Below are positions 13,775 through 26,040 of a stretch of DNA of 64,000 bases, piece by piece. The stretch lies in contig OX597814.1 of assembly GCA_951406725.2 (NCBI GenBank), positions 57,040,001-57,104,000 of the forward strand, read 5' to 3'. The translations under genes and the position numbers were made by a program. The notes beneath the pieces were generated by a model, which was not told the DNA's origin, searched no databases, and was given only the letters and a program-made list of their open reading frames with translations. This DNA comes from Octopus vulgaris. Taxonomy: Eukaryota. Each line of letters begins with the position of its first letter. The first letter of the stretch is position 1.

Positions 13775-14965
13775 TTATTATTATTATTGTTGTTGTTGTT
13801 GTTGTTATGTGATGAAAACTCAGCTTATTTTATAGGGTAAGATGGAAAGTGTCAGCTGTCCACAGTCAGCAGACTAAGGTGACACTTGTTTACTGGTCAT
13901 CCTTCAAGAACCCTGCGAAGAATTCTTGCAGTTCCAAGTAATGCTGATTTTTGTAGGTGTTCTACCTTCACACTTCCAAGTGCGCCAATTACTATTGATA
14001 TCACGTCTACTCTCCCCGTTGACCACAACCTTCGTATTTCCCACTTGAAATCGTCATAGTTGTTTATTTTTTCTTCTTTCACATTAATCTTGTCATCAGG
14101 GCATGTCGATTATCATGTACTTCTTTTCTTATTTTTTATTTACAATGTCCGGTTTCCACTTTCTGGTCAGGTGATTGCACTGAATCATTGCATCCCACAG
14201 GATTATGCAATTCTCATGCTTGGTGAGTGACTCCTGGCGTTTACTCATATCACATATTTGCTCTTTGTAGGCCGTGATTTCCACAGAGCTCCCAATGGAT
14301 CATTCTTGACACATTGTCATGGCGGCTTTTGTATTCGCGTTGCGCCAATTTCGGGCATTCGATAACGATGTGCCATCCCGTTTCACCCCTCGACCTACAA
14401 ATTCAGTATTTGTCACTGTCGGTAGTGTTGTCCATTCTGTACTTCACATAGTTCGTCCTTAACGCTTGTTCTTGAGCTGCGCATATGAGTGCTTCTGTCT
14501 CTGTCTTCGGGTCACTTCTCCTCATCCATGGCCACCGGTCCTCTGTGTATTGGCGTTCCCATCTCTTGCAAATTGACTGTGCATTTTTTTCTTCCATGTT
14601 TGTGTGCTTGTGTGTGTGTGTGTGAGTGTGTTCATTTCTTGAAATTTTTCTTTCATTACGCAATTGATGATGCCGGCCTTATAAATTAAGTGTCAGTTTA
14701 AACAGACGATCGGCATGAATGGGTTAATGAAGTCTCTATTCGATAATTCTATCCTTACTAGGGACTGTATTTTGCTTCTTTTTAAGTGGATTACTCCGCA
14801 TTTCTTGAATCCAAATTCCATTCTAATATCTGCACTAAAACAGTGGATCGTGTTCACCAAGGAACTCACTTGTGTCTCATCTTTGCCATGCAGTTTCAAA
14901 TCATCCATGACGAGGAGGTGGTTGACTGTTTAGGATTTTTCCTTTAGTTGGTACCCCAGGTTCAT
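13775..14965 (-). mobile_element. Truncated, internally deleted R4/Dong-like non-LTR retrotransposon (RT + RLE)
   Basis: HLLVMDDLKL, ETEALICAAQEQALRTNYVK, IVIGALG and LQKSALLGTARILRRVLEG*; the 3' side abuts (AAC)n(AAT)n. Confidence 0.85.
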
Positions 14966-14974
14966 TGTTGTAAA

Positions 14975-15680
14975 GTATTGTTAGAAGTTCATGACTCTCT
15001 GGGATGGATTCTGATGAAACTTTCAGGGATGTTTGGCCTCGTAACTAGCACAAGCTGATTAGAGTTTGGGATCGATCCGGTACCGGACAAGGATTCTGGA
15101 TGATTTCTTTGTTATATTTACTTTACATGATTACGATCTAACGTTAACTTTAAAGTCTTATGAATTATCTCCCCTTAGGTTGTTCGTTTGTCTGACAGTT
15201 TGCTTGTTTTTTGGGGGTGGGGGTTGTTTTTTTTTATCTGTGGACAAGATATCTCAAGAACCGCTGGATAGATTTGGATGAAACTTTCAGAGATGTTTGG
15301 CTTCATGACTGGTAGGAACTGATTAGATTTGAGGATCGATCCGATACCTGTTTTTTTTACTTAATTTTTAAGAGCGGTCGACTTCATTTTTAGTATTCTC
15401 GTTTGTGAGAGCAGTCGAGTTAATTTGAGATATTCTCATTTTAAAAATCATCTCTGGCAAATCGTTGAGAGGACGCTGGTGCTGCCTTGGTGGGGGTTTG
15501 CGCTCTCTTGTTAACTTAGGCTTGTATTAGATAAGGATAAACTATTTATTAGTTACAAAATGTTCTACAGTCACCTTTACATTCCATGACTACCATTGGA
15601 ATCGATCAGGTATCGGATAAGGATTCTGGATTATTTTTCCGTTTTTTTATTTAATTTTTGAGAGCGGTCGGGTTTTTAGC
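14975..15680 (+). mobile_element. DINE-1/HINE-like (Helentron-associated) element and fragments
   Basis: 15166-15512 is the reverse complement of 20145-20510 and ends GGTTTGCGCTCTCTTGTT; partial copies at ~14975-15110 and ~15595-15680. Confidence 0.65.
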
Positions 15681-15715
15681 ATTGAACCCTCACCGAGCAG
15701 GCCAATGATCTAAGG

Positions 15716-15970
15716 CAGTGGTTCCTAACCATTATTTTTAACTAAGGTCCCTTTTGATTCTTATTTTATTCTTCTGGACCCTCATAGTCGTTTGATGTTT
15801 AAAAATATCCCATTATATTTTTATAATTAAATATTATAAGGAATTGTATTTTAAAAAATGTTAAAAATATTTTGTGTATTGTAGAAGTATAACCGATTTT
15901 TGCACATTTTTAATGATTAAATCTTAGGTGTACCCCGAAGGGTCTTATGAACTCCAGTTGAGAACCACTG
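15716..15970. mobile_element. hAT (Charlie-like) MITE
   Basis: TIRs CAGTGGTTCCTAAC / GTTGAGAACCACTG; 8-bp TSD ATCTAAGG / ATGTAAGG (7/8). Confidence 0.85.
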
Positions 15971-18023
15971 ATGTAAGGTATTAAATTCATATCCATCTTC
16001 GTTTGTCTTGTATATCAAGACTATACTATCCAACATATCCATCCATTTTCAAGACGGTGAAATGTGATTTTAGGGAAATTTTATGGCTATTTCCAACAGA
16101 TCCAGCGACCACGTAAGGGCATCTTCCTTGCAGTCGTCAGATTGAAATTTTATTTCCAATCAAACAACAAATTATTATTTTCCGCTAACAGACACCGTGT
16201 TCTCTTAAGCACGAAGAAGGTTTTACTTGTATTAATCACTTCTTAGTAAACCTTAACCCGCAATGGTACCCAACTCGAAATAGTCAACTTTTGCGCCCCT
16301 AGCCACATTAGCATATTGGTTATTAACACAGCAGGATGGTTGGCAAATCTCTTAATGAGAGTATCGTATGTATAAGTAGTATTGTATGTCGAAATAACCT
16401 TATGGCAGAAATTATTGAATCTAGTAAATTATTTGTAACAACAACGGTGCTTTTGTGGTGAGTAAAGGTGATCTACTATGTTGAATATTCACATATTACT
16501 TGAACCACGATTGCATAGTATTAGGTGTGGTTCAGATTAACATACAGTTTGTTCGTGATTGAACAACAGCTTGAAATTAGATTCTGATTACAGGTTGGCT
16601 GCGTGGATATAATAGTGGGCAATTAACCAAAATAAATAAATAAATAATAAGATCACTGGTTCGCACCCTGTCAGTGATACCTTGTTTGTATCTATGTGAA
16701 AAGAAACTTAATTCTTCAATAAATGAATCCACCTGACTAGTTTACTGGTGCCTTACACAATACAGTGTTAATAAACTTGTATCATTTATACTAATGTTCA
16801 GATACCTGTATAACATTGAAATGTTAAGTAAATTTAATATTTGTTTAATTTAGAAAGTGTTGACCAAGGGGATAACCCCTGTTTCGAAAAAAATCAGTAA
16901 GTCAGAAAGATTTTGAAATCAAAGGTTGTGGAAAATCGATGGTGTGCGTTTTATTCAAACTTATAAGCAGCGATAGCTTTTACACATTTTTCTAAGTCAT
17001 TCTTTTAATTTAAAAAAAACTTCCTATATACATCTCTAGTCTTTTTAAGATCTACTGTAACGGATAGACAGAGCTTTACTGAAGAGGTTTAATTAACATC
17101 CAACCACGTACGTAATTTTCACCGTACCGCTTAATGTCTTGCTCCCCACTACATTTCATATTTAATTAATTTTAATTTATTAAAATTTAGATGTTGTCTC
17201 TCCTTGCTTACTTTTATTTGCCCGAATTAGTAACTTAAGAAATGATTCTTCTTATAACTGAGTGTGTAATTTTAATTTATAAAAACATCTTAGCTTGCTA
17301 CATCAATCGGTAAGCAGGGACGTCTTGGCAGTATTACAAGGTTCATGGACAAAGCAATGCACTAAAGCTTTTACAGTTACAGCATACATAGAAAACTATA
17401 TTTTTAACGGTGAAACTCATAGTAGATAAAACTGCAAATGTAAACAGCATACATAGGTTAATAATGGGCTCTTATATCTGTGAGAAACCAAGGTAACTGC
17501 TTGCTATCTTAGATAGCACAACTCGTGAAGATACAACACTGAGGAAATCCGAGTAAAACACATATCCCACGAATCTTTAGGACTCAAATACACGGGAAAT
17601 AAGAATGAAGGATCTTTTCTGCTTGGCTACCACTTATACACAAGAAACTCTAGGTGGAGTAAAAAATTGCTCTACCAAATAGTCATCAATATTCCAAATG
17701 TTCTTCTCACATTATGGGACAGGTTGAGGACGCAAATGATAGAAACAGTAGGGTAGAAACACAGTGCTGAGAATCAAATTCGGCCTAAATAGATTCTTTT
17801 CTTTTATTCTTTGAATTATGAATTTAGTTATGTGTGTGAGAGAATGTATAAACACGTTTGTAGGTTTGTCTTGTTTTGCTGACACTTCAAAGACAGTGCA
17901 TCTCCCGCGGTTACGTATGAATACACATTCATATACACACACACAATCGCGAGATACACTTGCTCGACAGAATACCTCTCACTAATGCTCAACATGCACT
18001 ACTTGTTGCTGTTTGTGACCGCG

Positions 18024-18084
<61 letters not shown>
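18024..18084. repeat. (TAG)n microsatellite
   Basis: Direct reading. Confidence 0.95.
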
Positions 18085-18085
<1 letters not shown>

Positions 18086-18524
18086 CACCTGAAATTAGAA
18101 AGCTTCACATTCCTTTGACAAACACACTGCCTGAACGCTACACTCTAATCTTTTCTATTGTCCTTTCCTTCTACCCGCTCTTTCTCTCTGCCTCTTTCTC
18201 TTTGTGCAGCTACCACCCAAAGACGTGGTTTCTCAATCAACTAGAAATAGCTGTCAAATCTCCCTTAGATCATACCCAGCCTATCCCACTATTCAATGAC
18301 ATTCCAATATTCCTTATGAAGGGGTGAGAGTAATAGTAGGCATAGAGACAGTGAGGACGGTGGCGAAGAGAGAGAGAGGGGGAGAGGAAGACGGGGAGTG
18401 AAAGAAAGACAAAGAAGTTGGTGATAGTAGTGTTGATAGCTTTGTTTAACCATGTCCCTTTAATAGAACTTCCTGTAGTCAACATACTGAATACTATCAT
18501 TTTTGTTTTATTCTTTGCTTTCTT

Positions 18525-18611
<87 letters not shown>

Positions 18612-18615
<4 letters not shown>

Positions 18616-19617
18616 TAAATAAAACATATGCATATATACATATATACATATATGTACGTACCTACCTCTACGTACCTACCTCTACGTACCTACCTATACA
18701 CGCATATATGAGTACAGGACACCAAAAAAACGTCGAACACAATGAGAAACGAAAACATAGACACAGACCCAAGGAACTGGACATTTTTCTTAAACAACAA
18801 AAAAATAGAGTACATGACAAATAACACAAGGAAAAAACCCTTCTTCAGTCGCCATGGTTTCATCTACTCTACGTTTCGAAGGTGAAGGCGAGACGTATCT
18901 TCGAAAGAAACTTTCCTTCCTGCGAAAAGCAAATCAAATAATATTTGAGATCTTTTTGCAGAAGGGTAAAAATGGTAACAAAACCAGGACAGTAACGACA
19001 GTACAAAATATAAGCAGTAAAAGACAGGACAAGGAAAATAAAAAGACAAGAAGGGCTGTTAGCCGAACGAAAAAAAGTGTTACGAACGCTATTTCTGTGA
19101 ACGGCGATGGGAGCAAAGAAAATTGCCATCCACACCTCAGGTCAGGCCAGAAAAGACAGTAGTAGAGCTCTCGTCGCGGGTCAACGACGGGAGAGGGAGG
19201 AGGAGCAAGAGAAAGGGAGAGAAGAAAGGGGAATTGTTGTGAGGAAACCATGAAGAATGAGAGAGAGGGAGAGAGAGAGAGTGAAGAATGAGAGAGAGGG
19301 AGAGACAGTTAAGTAGAAGAAAAGGAAATCAAAGAATGAAGGCTGAGAAAGGGATGGGACAGAAAGGTTAAAAGTGCGCATCAAAATTAATATCAAGAAC
19401 AATCTTACTTAGAAAGGGATGCGTGCGTTCCGTCATATAATACATTAATAAATAAAACATATGCATATATATATACATATTAATACGTACCTACCTCTAC
19501 ATGTATATATACATGCATATATGAGTACAGGACACCAAAAAAACGTCGAACACAATGAGAAACGAAAACATAGACACAAACCCAAGGAACTGGACATTTT
19601 TCTTAAACAACAAAAAT
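18612..19617 (-). mobile_element. Non-coding element with ~190-bp direct terminal repeat (Penelope-like partial tandem?)
   Basis: 18612-18805 is near-identical to 19445-19617; related end motif at 58700-58865 on the opposite strand. Confidence 0.55.
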
Positions 19618-19632
19618 ATATATATATATATA

Positions 19633-19773
19633 TTAGGTTGTCCCAAAAGTTCGTAAACACTTGCGAAAATTGAATTTTTACTCGCCAAGTACTAACAAAA
19701 ACAACAAAAATTATTCCTCAAAATAAAGACCATTATTTTCCAAGACTTTCTACGAACTTTTGGGACAACCTTA
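19633..19773. mobile_element. Mariner-like MITE (~140 bp)
   Basis: TIR AGGTTGTCCCAAAAGTTCGTA / TACGAACTTTTGGGACAACCT, flanked by TA. Confidence 0.85.
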
Positions 19774-19902
19774 TATATACATACACACACACACACAGAC
19801 ATATATATAAAATGCACTTTAATTGAAATAAAGTTTCCCAAAATTAAACATATCTAATATAATAAATGTGACTGTCAGTGTGTCACACTTTTTCGACTTT
19901 AA

Positions 19903-20122
19903 TAAATCCTTTCTTGCTGGAAGCACAAGGCCTCAAATTTTGTGGGGAACGATTAAGGCGATTACATCGACCCCAGTACGTAACTGGTACTAATTTTATC
20001 GAACCCGAAAGAATTAAAGGCAAAGTCGACCTCAGCAGAACTCGAAATCAAAACCTCAGAGCAGACGAAATACCACTAAGCATTTCGTCCGGCGTGCTCA
20101 TGATTCTGCCAGCTCTCCGCCT
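19903..20122 (-). mobile_element. SINE family B copy
   Basis: GATTACATCGACCCCAGTAC...AAAGGCAAAGTCGACCTC...GATTCTGCCAGCTCTCCGCC. Confidence 0.8.
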
Positions 20123-20144
20123 TAATAATATAATAATATAATAT

Positions 20145-20510
20145 AACAAGAGCACTCAGAGAGCGCAAACCTCCACCAGGACAACACCATCGTCCTCTCA
20201 ACGATTATCCAGAGATTATTATGAGAATACCTGAAATAAACTCGACTGCTCTCACAAACGAGAATACTAAAAATGAACCGGACCGCTCTCAAAAATTAAG
20301 TAATAAAACAGGAAAAATAATCTAGAATCTTTGTCGAGATCGATCCCAAAATCTAATCAGCTCGTGCCAGTGACGAGGCCAAATATCCCTGAAAGTTTCA
20401 TTCGAATCCATCCAGCGGTTCTCGAGATTTCTTGTCTACAGACAAACAAACAAGCATACAAACAAACGCAACTGAAAACAATACCTCCGCTTCAAGGCGG
20501 AGGTAATAAA
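20145..20510 (-). mobile_element. Complete DINE-1/HINE-like non-autonomous element
   Basis: AACAAGAG end, sub-terminal AAACCTCCACC, (CAAA)n tract and terminal palindrome TACCTCCGC-TTCAAG-GCGGAGGTA; T-rich flanks, no TSD. Confidence 0.7.
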
Positions 20511-20749
20511 TGTGAATGTCAGTGTGTCAGTGTGTTACACTTTTTCCACTTTACCCTTAGAGGCTGTAGCCCAACATATAACCATTTTGGAATCAGGCTG
20601 ACTCCATGAGTAAATTAAAAACATTCCGGGCTGAATCCAAACCCACAATCCTGAAATTTGGGATTCCCAAGTTTTCATTACTGTGATTGTTTCCGGCGAT
20701 ATATTTACGTGAATTTTTGCGACAAATATTTTTGTATGATAATAATTTT

Positions 20750-20885
20750 TGTACATTATTTACCTTATTTACATTTGACGGATATTTGTCCTCATCTTGT
20801 TTGTTGTTAATACAACGTTTTGGCTGATATACCCTCCAGCCTTCATCAGGTGTCTTGGGGAAATTTCGAACCTGAATTCTCATTC
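20750..20885 (-). mobile_element. Solo Penelope pLTR-end fragment with mutated hammerhead
   Basis: Minus strand ACAC-CTGATGA-A-GGCTG..CAGCC-AAAACGTT (GAAA core G changed to A); homologous to 41440-41560. Confidence 0.75.
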
Positions 20886-20907
20886 CTAAGGTATTTTTCG
20901 ATGTTAT

Positions 20908-21087
20908 TCTTTACTCTTTTACTTGTTTCAGTCATTTGACTGCGGCCATGCTCGAGCACCGCCTTTAGTCGAGCAACTCGACCCCGGGACTTATTCTTTG
21001 TAAGCCCAGTACTTATTCTATCGGTCTCTTTTGCCGAACCGCTAAGTGACGGGGGACGTAAACACACCAGCATCGGTTGTCAAGCAA
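20908..21087 (-). mobile_element. SINE family A 3' half
   Basis: Reverse complement of 37135-37316. Confidence 0.85.
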
Positions 21088-21217
21088 TGCTAGGAGGACA
21101 TTTTTCGTTTTTGGATTTGGTTTGCAAGATTCTTTATGTGAGTTCGTGTGTTGAAGCATATTCTGTTGTGTCTGGGGAGAGTCATTTTCTTGTTGTGTCT
21201 TATAATATAACACACTC

Positions 21218-21363
21218 ACCGGTAAAATCTCCACTTTTTTTTTCTTATTTTTATTTTCCTAAAATTTTCGATGCATCTTGCACCCTTTTCTGAAAAGGTT
21301 GCAAGACGCAACGAAAATTTTAGGAAAATAAAAATATGAAAAAAAAGTGGAGATTTTACCGGT
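21218..21363. repeat. Near-perfect 146-bp palindrome
   Basis: ACCGGTAAAATCTCCAC...CTTTTC-T-GAAAAG...GTGGAGATTTTACCGGT. Confidence 0.9.
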
Positions 21364-21525
<162 letters not shown>

Positions 21526-22074
21526 TCAGGTCACTGCTTGGAATCGAATTATAAACAATTGGAATTATAAACAATTTTTGTTATCTAAAGGCTAACTCCG
21601 AGAGTAAATTAAAAACATTCCGAACCGAATCAGGACTTGCAATCCTGAAATTTTGGTTTCTCATGTTTTCATTACTGTAGTTGTTTCCGGCGATTTTTTT
21701 ATGTAATCTTTTTTTTTTTTTTTTTTTTGTGACAAATTTTTTGTGTGATAACAATCTTTATAATCTAAAGGCTAACTCCGAATCTGGACCTGCAATCCTG
21801 AAATTTTGGATTCCCATGTTTTCATTACTGCGATTGTTTTCGGCGATTTTTTTACATGATTTTTGGCGACGAATATGATCATCATTGGGATATGATTCTG
21901 GTGGAAGCAATTGCAACAAATTCTCCAAAACAAGTCAGAGATCTGTTTGCAGATCTTCCCATTCGGAGTCAGTTGCTTAAATAAAAAGAATAACAAACGA
22001 TGGGCGAATTCAACCTAACCTGGTGCCTATCATTTAAGTAACTGATTCTCTCTCGAATTCTTATTACTGTGTGT

Positions 22075-22114
<40 letters not shown>

Positions 22115-22143
22115 GCGTGCGCATGTGTATGTAAGTAGGAACA

Positions 22144-22553
22144 TCTTTTATCTTTTACTTATTTCAGTCATTAGACTGCGGCCATACTGGGGCATCGCCT
22201 TGAAAATTTAGTCGAATTGATCGATCCGAATACTTCCGCTTTTAAGTCTGTTACTTATTCTATCGGTCTGTTTTGACGAACCGCTAACCTACAGGGACGC
22301 AAACACATCAACCCAGTTGTCAAACGGGTAGGGGTGGGCTGGACATATACGGACACAAAAACACACACGCACACATAGATTTATATACGTATATATTTCA
22401 TACGACGGGCTTCTTTCACTTTCTGTCTACCAAATCCACTCACAAGGCTTTAGTCGGCCCGAGACTACTGTAGACGACATTTGACCAAAGTGCCACGCAG
22501 TGGGACTGAATCCGGAACCATGTGACTGGTAAGCAAGCTGCTTACTACACAGC
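22144..22553 (-). mobile_element. SINE family A copy
   Basis: GTGCCACGCAGTGGGACTGAATCCGGAACCATGTG is the reverse complement of the family A head. Confidence 0.85.
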
Positions 22554-22604
22554 TACAAATTCCATACAAACAAATACATGGTTTTTCATAATAAATGAAA
22601 TAAT

Positions 22605-23390
22605 GGTTTCAAATTTTGGCACAAGGCCAGAATTTGAGGCGAGAGGGGTTTGGGTGATTGCATCGACCCTACTACTTGTCCCGCATTTATTTTCTTATCC
22701 CGATAGGATGAAAGGCAAAGATGACCTGGGTGGATTTTGAACTCAGAACATAAAAGACAGACGAAATGTCACTAAGCATTTGGCCCGGCATGCTAACGAT
22801 TCTGCTAGCTCGCCACCTTTGACAATAATCCTTTCTACCATAGGCACAAGGCCTGAAATTTTGGGGAGGGGGCTAGTCGATTACATAGACCTCAGTATAT
22901 AACTGGTACTTATTTTATTGACCCCGAATTGCGTAAGGCAAAGTCGACCTGGGCATAATTTGAACTCAGAACGTAAAGACGAACGAAATGCTACTAAACA
23001 TTTTGTCCGACGTTGATCCCGGGAGAAATACCACAAGACAGGTTTACTTATGCTTTAACTATTCCGCCAATTCACCGACGTTTTCTATATTTTATCGACT
23101 CTGGACGGAAGAAAGGTAAAATTGATCCCTGCATGGTTCGAACTCAAAACGTAAGGTATCGTAACTAAGATTCACACAGCAATTTTGTGGACATTTTAAC
23201 GATTTTGCCAATCCCCCAGCCCCAACAATAATAAGTATTTCTAATATTGGCGCAAGGCACCAAATTTGGGAGCAGGATTTGATATTCAGAGGGATCCAAG
23301 ACAAAGTTGACCTCGAAGGGATTTGAACGCAGAACGTAAAAATCTGGAACAAATATTGCAATTAATTTTGCCCGGCGCCCTAAAGATTAT
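22605..23390 (-). mobile_element. Cluster of about four head-to-tail SINE family B copies
   Basis: Repeated GGCACAAGGCC...CATCGACCC...AGGCAAAG...TTTGAACTCAGAAC motifs. Confidence 0.75.
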
Positions 23391-23624
23391 GCTATTATGC
23401 ACAAAGACACCATTTTTAAAGAAGAATGTAGTCGATTCTAAAAACCTAGGCACATAGCAAATTTTTATGTAGCACACGTCCTTCGACGTGGTTGTACATC
23501 CAAACCGATTGCGATTTACTATTCATCCTTTCGATTTCTGAATATAACACGTGACACGTGAGACCTCCGTTAGGGTTATTTTCCTTACTCACGCTTGTAC
23601 ACCAGTCTGTCACAGGGTTGTCCA

Positions 23625-23748
23625 TTTACAGCTGACTGAACTGGAGCAACGTGAAATGAAGTGTTTTGCTCAAGAACACAACACACGGCTGGTTTGGGAA
23701 TCGAAACCACATTCTCTCGATCACTACCATGACCACTAGGCCATCCGC
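23625..23748 (-). mobile_element. SINE family C 5' part
   Basis: ACTGGAGCAACGTGAAATGAAGTGTTTTGCTCAAGAACACAACAC, shared with 31283-31330. Confidence 0.75.
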
Positions 23749-24039
23749 CTTCACACAGTTATTGGATGATCGTTGATCCCCTTGAATTCCTCTGCCCTTT
23801 GACGGGCTTAACGGTTTAGTCGCCGATGATCCAACCATGCAACAGGTTGTACTGAGTTACATTTTACCAGTAACACTTAAGAGTGACCTGACAGTATAAC
23901 AAGCAAAGTCGGTACCAAAGGGAATAGAACAGGAATGGTATAGAAAACTATTATTTTTTCAGGTTAACGGTTAAAGTTGTCTCTTATTATAGACATATTT
24001 TCAGATAATTGTACATACGTGAGGAATTCAGGGAAGAAA

Positions 24040-24790
24040 TGGGAGACGTACATGAAATGAGAAAATGTTTCGAGAGAGAGAGAAAGAAACAGAGCAAGAG
24101 TGATAGAGAGATAGGGAGAGAGAGTGAATAGTAAGGAAGAAGAGAATAGAAAGACAGAAAAAAAGGAAAGAGGGCAAGTGTAAAAAAAGAGAAGGAAAAA
24201 GAAATGAAGTGAGAGTGAGAAAATAAGAGAGTAAAAGCGAAAGCGAGAGGGAGTAATGGGAAAATGAAAGAGAGAGCAAAAAACAAAGAGAGAGATAATA
24301 AGAGAAAAAGAATAAGAGAAGGTAAGAAGAGGTAGAGGAAATTCAAAAGAAAGAAAAGGGAAGCAGGGAGAAGTTTAGAAGAGGGCTACGAGGAAGGCTA
24401 GTAGGAGGAAGCTTAGTCGGAGGACTTAAGTAAAAGGGAGGAAAGAGAGAAAACGATGCGAGGACAATTTCAGTATATAGAATAAATATTCTCACTGCCT
24501 GCATAATGTTAACCATGACATTTGGTTATTTTGGTTGCAATCAAAGGCATAATTAGGAAAACTAAGGAAACTATGACATTTCAGAAATTACCAATTATTT
24601 TGATGGCGAGTTTAAAACTGAAAAGATGGGTGGGAGAAGTAGACTAGAGGAGAGGGGGGAGAGAGAGAAGAGAGATAGGGAAAGGGAGAGGGAGAAGAGA
24701 GAGAGGAAGAGAGAAGATAGAGAGAGGGAGGGGGAAAGAGAAGAGAGGGGGAGAGAGAAGAGAGAGGAGGACTACGAGAACGAGGAGGTA
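24040..24790. repeat. Purine (GA)-rich low-complexity tracts
   Basis: Direct reading; a complementary CT tract follows at 24985-25140. Confidence 0.85.
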
Positions 24791-25235
24791 AATGGTATCC
24801 CTTGACTACTTTATAATGTTACTATCATAGATCAGTCTGCAGTATTTCCTTTTATGACTTCAAAGAAAACGATATAGAAATGTTAAACGAGGTGGAGTTT
24901 AAATTTTTTTTCATCGTGTGTGGGTTAAATAAAATCAGAAAAAAGCAGGGTAAGCATTTTAAATATGTAATAATAGACTTACTCTACCCTCTTTTTCTCT
25001 TTGCCTTCATCTCTCTTGTCCGCTCTCTCTCTCCCTCACTTTCTCTCTCTTTCTCCCTCTCTCTATCTTTCTCCCTTTCTCTCTCTCTTTATCTCTCTCT
25101 CTCTCTCTTTATCCCTCTCTCTCTCTCTTTCTCTCTCTTTCGATTATTCTTTATGTATAAATGTGTAATGAATGTTTTTCTGTCTGTCTGTCTATCTGTC
25201 TATCTGTCTGCATGTCTTTCTTCTGTCTGTCTGTA

Positions 25236-25266
<31 letters not shown>

Positions 25267-25666
25267 ATGTACGCCTCTTTGTAGGCATATATATCGGAAC
25301 AACCTTAAAAGCCAAAAGTTGGTAATTTGAACTTATTTATATTTAACACGCACGCTTCGAGTAGTGACATAAGATAATTGTTACGTACAACATTCTCTTC
25401 AGTTGACACTTCAATATAAAGCTCCTAGAAAGCTATAAGATGATGTACAAACACAAAGCTTTGCACGCACTGATCTTTATAGCATAAACAGTGGTGAACT
25501 AATGAAGCTGACTGTGTAATTCCTGATACCTTGTCTTTCACTTAATCCAAATATATACATATATAGTTGTATGTGAGCATGTGCATATGCATAATCGTAT
25601 ACGTATGTATGTATGTTTGTATGTATGTACATAAACATGTATGTATGTATGTATGTACATAAATAC

Positions 25667-25700
<34 letters not shown>

Positions 25701-25802
25701 TCGGGGTGAGTAATTGATAATTATAAGCACCTGTGTATACCGTTTGGTGGTGTAGGTGGTGGAGTAAATTGATCAAAATAAAAACATGATGCGAAGGATT
25801 CA

Positions 25803-25880
25803 GCGGTACATATGTTTCGGGCCTTTATTAGACAGATTTATAACAATGCATAATGTATGTCTGTGGCCTTCTTCAGCCGC
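25803..25880 (-). ncRNA. Hammerhead ribozyme (copy in inverted pLTR)
   Basis: Reverse complement of 30043-30120. Confidence 0.75.
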
Positions 25881-26040
25881 GCACAACAGCTTCCACAAGG
25901 ACATGTGTTACATCAAAAATTCTTGGTTGGGGATGCAAATCCTCCCATTCGCGTACGACATAATGCGGCAGCAGCATAGAATTGAAGCGTCCATCTCTTT
26001 CTTCTCTCAATGTAGGATGAGGAAAAATGGATGTTGAAGT

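Noticed and set aside
17075-17115. Hammerhead-like CTGAAGA-GGTT..AACC
   Set aside because: GAAA core is missing and there is no stem I.
18838-18885. Permuted hammerhead on the minus strand (CGAAACGTA..CTGAAGAAGG)
   Set aside because: No stem I can form between the motifs.
25786-26037. 83-aa ORF duplicated at 29886-30137
   Set aside because: It is the antisense reading of the pLTR/ribozyme, and its duplication follows from the inverted repeat.
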